In this document: piece by piece, positions 23,616-38,600 of the stretch
Layout: each line of letters begins with the position of its first letter
How positions within the stretch are numbered: the stretch's first letter is position 1
DNA from: Gekko japonicus
Lineage: Eukaryota
Length of the DNA stretch: 64,000 bases
NCBI RefSeq assembly: GCF_001447785.1
Contig: NW_015170887.1
Coordinates: forward strand, 1,957,584 to 2,021,583
Reading direction: 5' to 3'
Notes under the pieces: generated by a model
The model's input: only the letters and a program-made list of their open reading frames with translations
Told to the model about the DNA's origin: nothing
The model's database searches: none
Made by a program: the position numbers and the translations under genes

Positions 23616-26600
23616 CTGCAAAGGAAAGAGGGGACAGGGGCTGGAAAACCTGTTCTTGGCCTGAAGGAGAGTGGTGCAGTGAGAGGTGGTAACAGCTCCT
23701 CAGTTACTTACCAAGGTGGAAGGTGAATGCATCCTGAAAGGCTCCCTTGGCATTACAACCCCCACTTATCAGCACTTTCTGATCAGATACTGGCATGGCA
23801 GCATGGAAACTGAAATCAGAAGACAGTACCTTTGGTCAGCACAAAGCCTACAAGACGGCCTTCCGGCGGGGGGGGGGGGGTGGCCATGGCCAGGATTTAT
23901 GCAGAAAGCTACATGGATAACTGTAGCAAAAGGCAAAGATGCAGAGGGAGTTCTCCTGAAACTCTCTAATACATGCAAGAACAATCAGAGCAGAAGACTC
24001 CCCTCTGGATTTTCTCCAGCTCTACCCAAACTTGCATCACAGTCTTTATCACTCCCCCAGGACCTTACTCATTTATCTGTCCAGAAACCACAATACTTAA
24101 ACATCCACTGCCACCCCTTCAAAAAAAAAAAAATAGCACATCCAATTTATAACTCTTCCTCTGCTCTGGCCCAGGTGTCAGGGATGCCCACCTGATCAAC
24201 AATAGCATGCAATGACTGACGTGAACCAGGGGTGGCTTTCCCTTCTAGGCACTAGTATTGCTGCTAATCCCATAACCAGCTCTTACCTGCGAGCAGAAGG
24301 CTGACCAGAAAGAAAAGGAACTGACGTGTATTCCATGAAACCTGAGATGTCAGGAAGAATAATCAGGAGACGTTTCCAGATCAAGGATGCTGTAATAGCT
24401 GTATTGTTACAACCAAGGCCCCAAACATCATTTATTTCAGCTCAATATTACAGTGCTCCCCTTGGAGTGATAAAATTAATGGAAATTTGGAAACCATCGG
24501 GGGGTGGGGGAGCTTTTCTCTTTCTCACCCCCACCCCAGAAATGTTGAGAAAAACAGTTTTAATGCTACATTTGCTTTCTAATCAAACTTCAATCAAATA
24601 CGTTTTAATGGCATAAAAGGCATTATTTATTAGTTCAGCATATAAAAACTGTTGAGGCGAGTAGTCGTGTTGGTCTGCAGTAGAAGAGCAAGGTTCGAGT
24701 CCTGCGGCACCTTAAAGGCCAACCAGGATTCCAGGGAATAAGCTTTTGAGAGTCAAAGCGCCATTCACTAGGTACCTGATGAAGGGAACGTTGACTCTTG
24801 AAAACGTATACCCATATAAAACTGCACTCTTGGGCTTATGACATTTAAGAGCATAAATGCCTTCTGTTTCTAAAAACAAAATTGCAGATATACTCAGCTG
24901 TGAACTGCTGGCCTTATGCTACTGAAGCGCACAAAGCTTTATCTTAGAGGTCAGAGGTCCCCACTAAAGTGAACACTGCTGCCCCACTACTTAGGCAGTC
25001 ACTGCAAACCAAAGAGGCTATTGCATTCTCTATAGGTACAAGTTCTGTTGCAGGATCAGCTATCCTGCAATGGCCCACATGTGCTTTGAAACCTTCTGGA
25101 GAATCAAAGGCATTTCCCAGGTACTCCACCAAGGTAATCTCCTGTGCTCAGGCATTTCTCTTCTTCCTTTTATCCTCACCAGGCCTATCAGAAGATACTT
25201 GCCTAAAATGGACTCTGACCCAGACTCAGGCAGCTCTCAAGGAGGTAGGCCTTGTCCAGTTCTTACCTAGATCCAGGATGTGGGTATCATTCAGGTATGT
25301 AGAGTTCATCTGGCCCCCAAATATGATCAACTTGTTCCTCAGCAGGGTGCCTGAATGGCTACATAACAAAAAAGAGCACAAAGAAAGTACATGAAAGTGA
25401 ACTATCGTGCAATCTTCAAAGCCAGAGATCTTGTTCACAAATTACATTAGTTCACACCCCTCAATCTTAGTGGCAGTCAGGGGGCTCCCACAGGGGGGAG
25501 GGGTTTCAAAGAAGCCTCCAGTACAATGGGGCCACATCAAAGCTAGGAAGATCTTTGGAAGAAAAACTGCCTAGCTCCCCCGGGCCCTGTGAAAATAATG
25601 ATGACAGTATAGGAAGTTTTTAGGAAACTCCCAGGTTCCAATCACTACATCTAAGGTACACTACATCTAAGGTAGGGACATGACCTCAAAACATAGAATA
25701 TGAATCACAAACACAACAAGCAGTGCAAAAAACATACATTATTATAAGGAATACACCAAAATTTTACACACTACTGCCTGAGTAAATAAGATCTGCTAGT
25801 GCAAAAGCAGAGAACATCAAGTCCTCTAAGAGTATGTTTTCCTCTGAACATTAACAAAGCCTCTCACAAGAAATGTATTAGACAAAGCCACTGATCAAAG
25901 TGCTGGCCGACACTTAAGAGACCTGGTTCAAGTTCCCATTCTACCATACACCTCAAATCACTCCCTCACTCTAAGCTACCTCATAGGGGCTGTTGCATGG
26001 ACAAAGGAAGTGGAGAGAAGATAAGAGGCAAGGCACCACCCTNNNNNNNNNNNNNNNNNNNNNNNNNNNNNNNNNNNNNNNNNTGTTGAAAGGAGAAAAG
26101 TTTCAGCTAAGACTCAACATTAGTATGCTATGATGAGAGAGGCTCCATTACAGGGTGATAAGCAATCTACCTTTCTACTATACAGAACTGTCAGTGTAGG
26201 GTCATAGCACAGGGGGGTACATGCAGCAGGAAGAGGGGAAGAGACACTGGGAACACTCAATATATGAACAAGCTATTCCCCTCTCCCTAAAAAGAGAGGA
26301 GCTTTCTGAGCAATCTTTACACAGGCCTGTCTTCCTGGGGGTCATTTGACATAACAGTTCCACCAGATGGAGACAGAAGAGTCTCCAAAAAAAGAATCCC
26401 TTTGGGTTATTTTCAAATTGGGCAGGGGGAGAAGAGACCTAATAACACTATTTGACTTCCGAGGGATATGCGTCAAACTGCCTAAAACAAACTCAGAGCA
26501 TGATCCATTAACATCAGCACTGTCTACTGTCCTCAGTAAAGGAAGCCACAGCCCTCAGTTTGCAAGAGCTGAGCAAGGGTGTAAATGGTATGGCATTCCT

Positions 26601-29600
26601 AATAATTCCTAAGTCAGAAGCAACTTTATGACCCATAACACACACACCCTCCCATTCTGACTGGTTGCAGCTATCCAGGGTCCTAAGTAGAGGTCTTTTA
26701 CATCACCCACTACTTGATCCTTTTAAAGTGGTGGTGCTAGTGATTGAACTTAGGACCTTCTGCATGCAAGGCAAATGCTCCACCACCAAGCCACAGCCCC
26801 TCCCCCAAACCAAAAGACAGCCCCTGAACAAACAAAAAGCATCTTCCTTTTCAAATTCCTCTGAGATATGAAGCTAAAAGGTGCCTCACCCAAGCCTAGG
26901 CAGAGGCTTCTCTCCCTCCACAATGGGTTGGTACCAGATCTCATACTCGGGGTTGAAAATGAAAAGTGAATTACTGCAGGCTCCAGGCTCCAGGGCTGAG
27001 ATTTTTGGGAACGCACCTCCAAAGACAAACAGCTCCTTACGATAGATAGTAGCACTGTGATAAGCCAGTGTTGGCACCTTCCCCTTGGCCTGAGGAAGAA
27101 ATTTCCAGTCACAACAGAGTATTTGCATATTAGGGGGACCTGCACATCAAAATCTGGGGGGTGGGTTTCTAGCTACAGACATTACTGGATGACGCCTCTC
27201 AAGTTCCTGATGCACTTAGTTTTATAAAGCACCTCTCACTAATCTGTGAGCTGAATGAGGCATTAGGCCACCTCTCTATTACCTGAAGACACACTTACAA
27301 AAGGTGTTAGATGATCTGTAGAATCAGAAAGAGAGGAATGAACATACAGAGACACTTAAAGAACCTATTCTGTTGCTGACCAGTGCTTTGTTTAAAGGCC
27401 AAACTACCCTTTGCAGTTCTCTACTAGTTCTGTCTGGGTTCCCAGACCCGACTTTCAGTCATACAGCAGCTGCAAGTTCACTGCTTGTAACTCAATTCCT
27501 GAGCATGCAGGGGACCAATTCAGACTGTGGTCATCACCCAAAGAGGCCATTTTGCATCAGGAAAATTACATGAGAGGCTGAACACTGTCTCCCCATGCAC
27601 TTGGGAATTAAATTTCCAGTAGGGAACTCACAGATTATGCCAGACAGGCTGACATAAAGTCAGGTAGGGGAACCCACAGCCAGCCATAGAACCAAGTCAG
27701 CTGGGCTGGGAGACAGAACCCAGGAGAGAGCTGCTGGGAAGGTGAGTGTTTATTTGCCTTTCCTAAACTGCTATGGCCAGCATGGTTAATGAGACAAGAA
27801 AAGGAAGCTATAAAAAGTTAAGAGGCTTGTTTTCAAAACTGGAAGGTCTGCCCCAATGAATTAAACAAGAGGGACCACAGGCTCTGGCAAAAGAAATGCT
27901 AGTCAATAATTGAGAAGCGGGTTGCTAAAGCATCAAGACGAACAATAAACATTTTTTTAAATATATCTAGAGCCAGAAACCAGCCAGAGAAACAGTGGGG
28001 CCTTTGGATGACAAAGGAATAAAGGGATTGCTAAAGGAAGATGGGAAGATGACAGAAGCGCAATGACTTTTTTGCTTCTGTGTTCACTGTGGAAAGTGGG
28101 GGACTTGCTTTTGACATGATACCCCACCAAATACTCCTGAGTAAATTTAGCAATCCTGGGATAAGAAGATGGGTTCTCTTATGGATTAAAAACCAGTTAC
28201 ATGACAGGAAGCAAAGAGTAGGAATCGATGGACAGTTCTCACAATGGAGGGAAGTAAGCAGTGGGGGTCCCACAAGGATCAGTATTGGGGCCTGTACTAT
28301 TTAATTTCTTTATAAATGGATCTGGCACTAGGGCTGAGTAGTGTAGTGGCCAAATTTGCAGATGACACAAAATTATTCAGGATGGTAAAAACCAAGGCTG
28401 ACTTTGAAAAGCTCCCAGAGGAACTCCACAAAGTGGGTGAGTGGGCGACAGTAAGTGAAAAGTGATGCACACTGGGACAAAAAATCCCAGCTTCAAGTAT
28501 AAGCTAATGGGGTTTAAACTCGCTGAGATGGAGAGGGAAAAAGATCTTGGGGTCACAGGGGATAGCTCAATGAAAGTATCAACCCAGTGTGCTGCAGCAG
28601 TGAAAAAGGCAAACTCTGTTAGGGATCATTAGGAAAGGGATGAGAATAAAATGGCCAATATTGTAATGTCCCTGTATAGATCTATGGTGCAGCCTCATCT
28701 GGAATACTGTGTACAGTCCTGGTCACCATATGTCAAAAAGGACATTGGAGAGCTGGAAAAAGTACAGAGGAGGGCTAGCAAGATTATTAGGGGGTTGGAG
28801 CACCTTCCCTATGAGGAAAGGCTGAAGAATCTGGGACTTTTCCATTTAGAAAAGACACAACTGGGGGGGACAGGACATGATAGAGGTTTATAAAATTATG
28901 CGTGGAGAGAGCTGACAAAGAGAAATTTTTCTCCCTCTCCCAAAATACTAGAACTTGAGGGCATCCAATGAAACTTATGGGCAGTAGGTTCAACAGACAG
29001 AAGGAAATACTACTTTACACAGAGAGTGATTAAAATGTGGAATTTGCTGCCCCAGGATGTAGTAATAGCCACAGGAATAAACAGCCTTAAAAGGGCATTA
29101 GATAGATTCATGGAGGATAAGTCTATCAATGGGTACTAGCCATGGTGACTGATGGGAACCTCCACACACAGAGGCACTGAGCCTCCGAATCTCAGAGCTG
29201 AGAGGTAACACCAGGGAATTACTTGGCCTCTATGCCCTGTTGTTGGCCACTGTGTCAGACAAGATACTGGACTAGATGGACCATTGGTCTGATCCGGCAG
29301 GGCTCTTCTTATGTTCAGCCAGTGGAAAGTTGTAACATGCAGTCTGGCCCTCACTCACAGATATGCGAAGCCACTTCCAAGATGTCGTGTCCAGTACATG
29401 GATGCTGCTATAGCGCTTCCCTTCCCTTAGGCCGCCAAAGATGTAGATACGTTTGGTGTCTGGGTCATAGGTGGCAGTGTGACCCCGTGAACACTGTGGC
29501 ACAAAATTTTGCCCTGGGAAGTCCATGGGGAACCAGAAGTCGTCATCTGCAAAGTCAGTAGCAAAAGACAAGGAGCAAAATCAGGAAGCCCCAGTAGCCA

Positions 29601-32600
29601 TAAACATGTTAAAACCTGGAGCCAGCTTCTTGGCCCCCAGGGCTCAAATATCAAGAAATGGCAGCTTATTCTGTTTCACTATCCATCATGGCTCTTAAGG
29701 GACTCATACAGAGGGTTATCTGGAGGTCTCCCATCCAGGCACTGACCAGACTTAAACCAGTACAGCTTTAGCAAAGTTTTCTGCCTTCAACCATACCCAA
29801 GGACCTCTGAATTCTTTTCAGATTTCCTCCAAATCACTTTCAAGTCCAAAATGCCAGGTAACAGCATTGGATACTCCTTTCTCATCTGAAATACAATCAG
29901 TTCTTACCTATTCTCTCATTGTCTCCCCCACTCACTAATACAATCAGAGAAGATGCTCACCAATTTCCAGTTTCCAAAGAGCATCCTTGCAAAACTGTTG
30001 ATTGGCTCCTTCACCACCCATCAAAACAGCTGTTTCAGGGTCACTGAGGCACATGGCATGACACCATCGAGGGCTTGGACATGCTGCAGAGCAGAAATTC
30101 ATACAGTCAACAGAACTGCATTATAGACCCCACCCTACTTTGAGATGGTAGGTCAGGAGACCCCTCCCCTCAAAACTATGATGTATAATTAATAGAGAGT
30201 TCAAGATAGTTCACAACTATAAATACAAGGGGGTAAAAAAGAAAAGGCAGTTCAGCTCCTCCCCACACACAAAATCAGAACAAAATAATTTTCCTCAAGG
30301 TAATAACTGGTTAGTTTACTCTTCAGCAGGGGTCATTTCGTAGAAAAAGAGCTGCAGGAGCTCATTAGCATAACTTATTCGCATATGCCACACCCCCTGA
30401 CATCACCGGAAGTGTGCACCAGCCCCTCTGACAGGCAGAGGGAGAGGCTCCAAAATCGCAGGGTAGCTGCTGGAGCCTCTCCCCAAGATACCCTCCATGT
30501 TTCAGGAACATTGAACCAGGGGGTCCAATTCTACGGCCCCCCAAACAGGTTGCCCCCATCCCCTCCATTGTTCTCTATGGTGGGGGGAAAAGTTACTTTT
30601 TTCCCGCCATAGAGAACAATGGAGAGAATAGGGGCAACCTGTTTGGGGGCCCGTAGAATTGGACTCCCTGGTCCAATGTTCTTCAAACTTGGTTGGTATC
30701 TAGGCCCGGCGTTCTAGCGGGGAGCCTGAAAAGGGGGGGCAGCTGTGCAGGCCATTTTTCAGGCCCGGTGCTCCGGCGCGGAGCCTGAAAAAGGCGGCCA
30801 TAACTTTTTTAAGAGCCCCTCCCGAGAGCTGGGGGTGCCAGAATGACCTCTCGCGTGTGATGTCCGAGAGGTAGCGAGAGGTGGAATTTGTCCCTACGAG
30901 TCCAAGGCCACCATCCCGGGGCTCAGGGAGGCAAGGGAACGTTTCGCCCCACCCCTCCCCCCGCGGGCGGGCATTGCAGCTGCTGCTGAGAACAGCGAGA
31001 GCGGCCATAACTTTTTAAAGAGCCCCTCCCGAGAGCTGGGGGAGCCAGAATGACCTCTCGCATGTGATATCTGAGCGGCAGCGCCACAGGCATCACACAC
31101 GAGAGGTGGAATTTGCCCCTATGAGTCTAAGGCCACCACCCCGGGGCTCAGGGAGGCAAGGGAACGTTTCGCCTTGCCCCTCCCCCCCGCGCGGGCATCG
31201 CAGCTGCTGGCGAGAACAGCGACAGCGGCCATAACTTTTTCAAGAGCCCCTCCCGAGAGCTGGGGGAGCCTGAATGACCTCTCACATGTGATGTTCGAGT
31301 GGCAACGCCGCTCGGACATCACACGCGAGAGGTGGAATTTGCCTCTACGAGTCCAAGGCCACCACCCCAGGGCTCAGGGAGGCAAGGGAACGTTTCGCCT
31401 CACCCTTCCCCCCGTGCACGGGGGTCGCAGCTGCCGCCATAACTTTTTAAGGAGCCGGGAAGGAGAGCTGGGGGAGCCAAAATGACCTCTCGTGCGAGGG
31501 GTGGAATTTGCCCCTACGAGTCCAAGGCCACCACCCCGGGGCTCAGGGAGGTGGGGGAACGTTTCGCCCCCCACACACTGTGTCCCACCTGATGGCTGGT
31601 GGGAGCAGGGGGCGGGGCTTATGTGCCCGCTCCCTGGGCCCCTGACTGGCAGAGCGGTGCTCCGGTGTGCTCCGGCAGGAACCAAGGCCTGCTCTTCAGG
31701 AATTAGTGGCATGGGTAAAATGTCTATTGGACCAGCTGTATTTTAAAACTAGCTTTTAAACAAAAACAGATGCGGAGATCAAAGAGAAGAACTATATAAT
31801 GAAATAAGATGTTATTTCCCAGAGTATGTATGGTTCTTATCTGACATTTCATCACTCAGTTTTTTAGTATATCCTGCATTTCTTCCATCACAGAGTTCAG
31901 GGTGATGAACACTGAGTTCAAAGGCAGTCTCCCATCCATTAACTGACCAGATCCAGACTTGCTGAGCTTCAGTAAGGTTGCTCTATCTAGTGCCAGTACC
32001 CTGACACTTTGAGGGTCAACATATGAACAGCCTCTATTGAGACAGATTGCATTTAAGTTGATGGGCAGCAATTTCTCAAAGCTCACTTTGAGGCTTTTGA
32101 TCTGCCAAAGCTATTTTATACTCATCACCACTTCCTGTTATGGCTTTTGAACAACCCACCATGATTGTATCTATGTCCACATGTTAGCTGTTAGTATTTA
32201 AGGTTCAATTAGAAATGGAAAAGGTATTTTCTGCCTGAACCAGTGATGTAGGTTTTCTGAGGAAAACTGAACCTGAAAATTTGCCAATTCAAATTTAAAT
32301 AAATGATTTAAATTATGTTAGCAAAAGAAGGCAAATACACCATGTACAAGTACTGGGGTATGTCCATGCTTCATATTGCATTTAGCTCATTTTAACATGA
32401 CTGATATGTAGCACAACAGCCCTGATAACTAGTTCATATTTACATATGCAGGGCAGAAAATTTTCCATGGAAAAACATAGCATCAGAAAACGTTCTTCCC
32501 CACATCACTGGTCTGAATTTGAAAGAAATGTGTATTTTTGGTCTGCATAACTGTACCCAAGAGAACTACCTTCAGCCAGGAACCCTGCAACTCTTTGAAA

Positions 32601-35600
32601 CAATTACGAGCATGATCAAAGACATGGGAACGAATTCTCTTTTGCTACTTATAAAGAAGATACAGATGCATGCCAATTTTTACTTCTTTTTTATAAGGAA
32701 TTTCTGGACCTATTTGAGAACAAGATTAAGAATAGAATACTTGCTCTCAAGCTGCCCCAGAGATTCATTATAAAAAAGGCGGCAGCAAGACAACTGGTAT
32801 CCACAGATTTCTCATGACAACTCTCCTCAAACTGCCCCAGGGATTCATTATAAAAAAGGATGTGACATGACAACTGGTACCCACAGATTTCTCTTTACAA
32901 TACTCCCACAAGTCTTTCTGCAGTGGTGTCTCAGCCTCACATTACTGGAAGATAAGCGGCAATAGATATACTACTAAGGCTGAGTGTGGGGAAAATGCAG
33001 TGTTCTGGGAACAGAAGCATTTCCTTGAGAAAATATTTTATTCCTAGGGAACAGATAAATTCACTCTCACATTTCCAACAAGTAACCAAGTATCCAGATG
33101 AGGTATCTAATCAACTCAATAATGGAGTGACTCAGCCACAGCTGCACATTATTGTAATTACCCATATCTATCACCTGTAGAGTGGGAGCAGGAATACAAT
33201 TTAAAGTGCCAAAAGGAGTACACAGGAAACTATCAGATCCTATTTTTAACCACAGCTCTTGGCCTTGTACTCCACACACATCCCCCACTTTTTCCCAGAC
33301 AGATGTGGACACAAGTAGTAAGCATGGGAGAAATGCTTTGAAAGATGCTTGGGAGGGGGGACAGTACCCACCACATCCACATGACACTTGGGCACATTAA
33401 ATGTACCCCCCCCCATCCCCAGCATTATGCACAACCAGAACATATCTGGCTTTGAAAATACGGTTCTGCCAATCATATGTACAGCTTGAGCTTCAAAGGA
33501 AGCACTTGTTTGGCGTATTGTTCATTCTGGGGTTCATTTCTGTTCCTCACATTGGAGAACACTGAAGAAAACCAAACAAAACTTACAAGAATCTTTGCCC
33601 ACAGAAGAAGAAACTCAAGAAAAGTCTAAAGGATAGAGGTGCTCACCTTGCAACTCTTTCATTTCTAAATCTGCGGAGAGAACAGACATAAATTATCTTG
33701 GTGTGCAATGGTGTTTTCATGCTTCTTTTAAAAAGTTCTGGGCTACCCACCACTACCCAAAAGGAGAGTGATCAGCTTATGGGTTGACTGATCTTTCACC
33801 TACTTCCTCTCCAATTTTTTCGTACAGCTATGTCCACTCATAGCTATTAATGTATGTGCAACTGAAGTAAACAATTCAGAAACCAGAGAAAAGGATCTAA
33901 GCCCACAAGTGTTGACTTTATCAAAGGAAATCATACACACTCCCTAGTTCATGCAACTAATGACCAACCATATGAATAATAGTTTTCATGCTTCATTCAC
34001 CCTTCCTAAACTCCTACTTCTTGGCTGTTTGTTGCAACAAGTGCTTCTCCTTATCACAAAAGAATCTGCAACCTTGGAGCAAAGCAGCTGGACATATAGA
34101 TGTCTGAACTTTTAAGCTAAAACAGGAAGCACTGTATGTCTTGCACTACTTAGATTCAAGTTTCTACAGAGAATAATATTTTATGACTGGTTAAAAATGC
34201 AAGTAACACAGGGGAATTAGTTTAAATGATCTCATTTTGCTTGACTAAGGTAATATTTGGTGTCTTAATGCCATAAACTCTACCCTTCAAAGCAGCCATT
34301 TTCTCCAAGGGAACTGATTACTGTCATCTGGAAAGCAGTTGTAATTCTAGGTAATCTCCAGCTCCCACCTGGAGGATGGCAACCCTAGTTCCCCTGGAGG
34401 CATGATATCGCTCTGAAGTCCCACCTGTGCTCAAACCCCACCCTCCATCCCCAAATCTTTAGGAATTTCCTAACCTGGAGTTGGCAACCCTATCTCTTTC
34501 CTACCCAACACTCAACCTACCTTTATCTGCCCCCCCCATCTTAAGCTTCCCGCCCCCAGCAGCCTCTTCCTAGGAAAACTGTGGCCCAGTTGTGTGGTGC
34601 AAGCCACTGGGTCAAGCCCACTAGCATGGAATTGTGGGGAAGCACTTCACTTTCCCCTCTATCTCCCTCCCCACATTATTTCCTGTTTTCCTTCCCCTGG
34701 CAACCCCCATATTCTCCCCCCTTTCCCTGCCTCATTCTATCCTACTCAGCCATTCACCAACCTACCTTTTATCTGCCTCCCGTCTTCAGCTATATGTATT
34801 CTTTATTATTTAATTCATTCATACCCCACCTTTCTCCACAGTTGGGGACCAAAGCAGCAGAGGGCCCTTTTCAGGTTTGCAGAAAGATCTGACCTGCCTA
34901 TTCACAGCTCCAGTCACCGGATTTTACGTATCCTCAGATCTGGCTAACTTTGCTACCAACTTTGCTACTGGTATATAGAGGATGATATCATGAAATAAAC
35001 AAACAAACCAGAAGCCTTTTTTCTATGTCCAGAAATTGAATTATTTTTGCTGGGCCAAGGAAGTACCCTTTATATAGACACACTATGAGCCCAAAAGTGG
35101 ACAGTGGACAGGTGCGTAAAGATCAATGCCTCAGTCTTTGGAACTTTGTTAACCAGCTGGTGGTAAAGTTCAGAAATAAAATGTGTGCCTAGTCACCGGA
35201 TAACCTTAAATTTTAGAAGTCTAAAGAAGCTCAATTTAACTCAAGTTAAATTTGTGGGTTGATTTGCATGTTTAGTTCCAGGCACTGAAAGCACCTGATT
35301 TGGGTAACAAATTTTGAGATTCTATGCCCATAAAAAGCAGCATGTTTTTTGTTATGGTACCCAGGGCCAAGCACTTTTAATCCATTCAGATATGCATCTG
35401 AATGATGGTGCGCAGCATGCAGACGATAGACCAAAACTGCATGTGGACCCCCCTTCCCATTACTGGTTTATGCACATTCACTATTCTTTTGCCGGAAGCG
35501 TGCAAACAGAACAAATCCCTGCGTACTTTTGTACATCCACTACCTACAGCTATTGTTCACACTTGCTCAAACTCCAGTCATCTTTGAACACGCTTCATTT

Positions 35601-38600
35601 GCTCACTGATTTTTGATTGCAGGAAAGGTAAGCCAAGGAGTGAAAGACACAGGGGAGATGGTTCTGAGACACAGACATTGGAGAAAGAACTGCCAAACGG
35701 TTATGTTAATAGCACTCAGGTTTGGGCACATGGCTGATAGAGAGCTATTCACAGAGCGGAGTGCTCTGAATGCAGGCTGAATTGTACATGCAGAATGACA
35801 GGTATGTCTGTACATGTGTTTTCTCTCTTGTGGTGGCTCCCTCCTGATGGAACAGCCTGCCTGAGAAGGTCAGGAAGGCCCCCATTACTTCTACCACTTC
35901 ACAGAATGTGCAAAACAGAAATGTTCAGCAGGGCATTTTTATAAAGGAAATTGAGTTATGGTATAATGGAATGGTTCAAAAAGTGCTTTTCTAAAGGGAA
36001 GAGGTCTTGGTGGTGGTGGTGGAAAGTGCCATAAAGTCACAGCTGACTCATGGCAACCCTGTAGAGTTTTTGAGGCAAAGAGATGCTGAGAGGTGGTTTG
36101 CCATTGCCTGCCTCCGTGTCACGACCCTGGTATTCCCTGGAGATCTCACATCCAAACACTAGCCAGGACCGACCCTGCTTAGCTTCCAAGATCTGATGAG
36201 ATCCAGCTAGCCTGGTCTATCCAGGTCAGGGCAGTCTATGCTCTTACTACATTGTTTTCTACTTGTACAATACCATGTACTGCATTGCTTGACATACCTC
36301 ATCTGATCATTTTTGCACTGCTATGAATTCATAATCCTAGTGTCACTGCATTGCTTATTAGATATCCCACGCTATTGGATACATTTTTTAACATTGTGAA
36401 AGCCACCTTAAGTTTACTGAAGGGACGATCACTATCCCGAGCACTTCAAAGTATGAACTGTTTATCGTTTGGTTGTTTTAACTTGTTTTTAAGTGTTTTA
36501 TTGTAATCTGGCACATGGTGCCAATAAATGTAAGCCGCCCTGAGCCTGTCCGCGGGGAGGGTGGGATATAAATATAATAATAAATAAATTAATTAAGTCA
36601 ATAATAAAGGTTGGGCTATAAACAGAATCAATATAAACAACAAAAGGTTTTATACCCCACCCTTCACTACCCAAAGGAGTCTCAGAGCAGCTTACGATCG
36701 CCTTCCCTTCCTCTCCCCACAACAGACACCCTGCGAGGTAGGGGGGCTGAGTGAGAGAGCTGTGACTGACCCAAGGTCACCCAGCTGGCTTCATGTGGAA
36801 GAGTGGGGAATCAAACCCGTTTCTCCAGATTAGAGTCCTGCCTCTCTTAACCACTACACCAAACTGGCTCTCACTCCTTTATTATTTTACCTTCCATTTT
36901 GTCCTCTCCTTTGGCTGCTGAAGGCTCAAAGAGAACCCTTCTGGTCTTCCGTAGAGGAACTGGGCTAGGCTGGCAAGTTTTCTGTTTGGCCTCCTCACAT
37001 TCTTGCTGTATAGAAGTTGTTTCTAGAGCTGGAAGCATCAACAGTGTCTCCAATGATGGAGAAAATTCCTTCTTCTCAGGCACAATTTCTTTAACAGGTA
37101 CTGCTGATCTCTGGCCTTCAGCCTGTCTGACACAGTAGAATTAGATCAAAAGCAGGAAATTAGTTGTGAAGAATGCAGGGGTGGTCCTGAAAGGAGTGTT
37201 GTGCAGGGCACAGCTCTTGGCTACAAGGAATCCTGCAACTTTCAATGAGAACTGCAACAACTGGGCAACTGCTCTGCAACTGGCACACAGTGTCTGAGCT
37301 GGAGCCATCCAACACAGTATGAAGGAAGAGATCTGGATTGTACTCATTTCTTGTGGAGAATCGGAGAATCCAAGGGACATTGCTGTCAACCTGTTTGTTC
37401 AAAGAAATCACAAACAAGCCTCCCTCCCTCTACTAGTAACCCGTTTGTTCAGACAGCCAATGTGAAGTTATACTTCTGAACATTCTTCTGTGCAAAAAAC
37501 CCAAGTATCTTTGAATGCAGAAAATAAGCCTGTCAAGGAGACAGGCTTAGTGTAGCACATATTATGTGCATGAACTTTTAACCTGAAGGGAGCAAAACCA
37601 GTACCGCCCCCCTCAACACACACAGTCTAAAGAAGCTCAATTCAGGCTTCTGCCATTTCAGTATGCTTTGAATCATTGCTGATCTGGCCGCGTTCTTTAG
37701 GTTCACAATTATTCATGCAGATGATACCAAAAAATGACAGAGATGAACGAACAAGGCTAACAGGAGAGAGCTCAACAGCTAAACATACCTCAAGAGCCTC
37801 ATCTGGTCCCTTGACGTCAGAAACAATCTCTTCAGGAAGAACAGGTGACTGACCCAGTTCTGGGGCCTGAAATGGGCGAGTGGGGGTGCTGTTGAGCAGC
37901 TAAGAAGGAGATGCAGATATGAGGACAGCTGAATCTACTTGACCCAAGTTTAATACAGAAATGGTCAGCAGCTGCCTTTGGCTCTTTCAGACAGACAGTC
38001 AAAGCCCACAGTATGGTTGCTTACACACTAGGTGCTTAGTCTGAAGTAGGCATCTTTCTTTCACTCACTATTTATGGAGAATCCAAGCTATGCTGTCATG
38101 GGCTTTTTGCATTTCAATGTTATCTGTGCTGTTTCCTTTTTTAGAGGTCTGATTTGTGGAGATTTTTCCTCACATAAAATGCAACTGCACCACTGGCCAC
38201 CTATGTACACATCAATAAAGCACCACTGAGGCTTTCCAGGGCTACCTTTTTAAATACCTCCTTTCTTCTTCTCAGCTTATTTAATTACATCCTGTTCACT
38301 CCTGCAGCATTCCTGAATGGGTCCATGATCAGTTCCTAGTCCAGGCCGGGGGGGAGGGGCGGGAAGTTTCAGTTGCTGCCGCTCTTGTCTTTGCAGCAAA
38401 ATAATTTTGTTCACTAGCTTTATTTCTTCAATCATGCCTTTATGAAATTATGCCCAAGAAAAATAAAAATATCTCAGTTGCAAAGGGGAAAAAACAATTA
38501 AAGCCACCTGTTTTGTGGGGGACTCTTTAGAGATCTGTTCAGGAATGCTACAGCCATTTTGAGTTAACAGGCATTAATTAATCAAGGAGAAGCAGAAGCA

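Noticed and set aside
30700-31746. Several 70-110 aa ORFs
   Set aside because: They derive from the GC-rich tandem array inside the hAT element
37160-37417. ORF in Kelch gene intron 4 as an extra exon
   Set aside because: Ends in a stop before exon 5 and no suitable donor was found; exons 4 and 5 already join in phase
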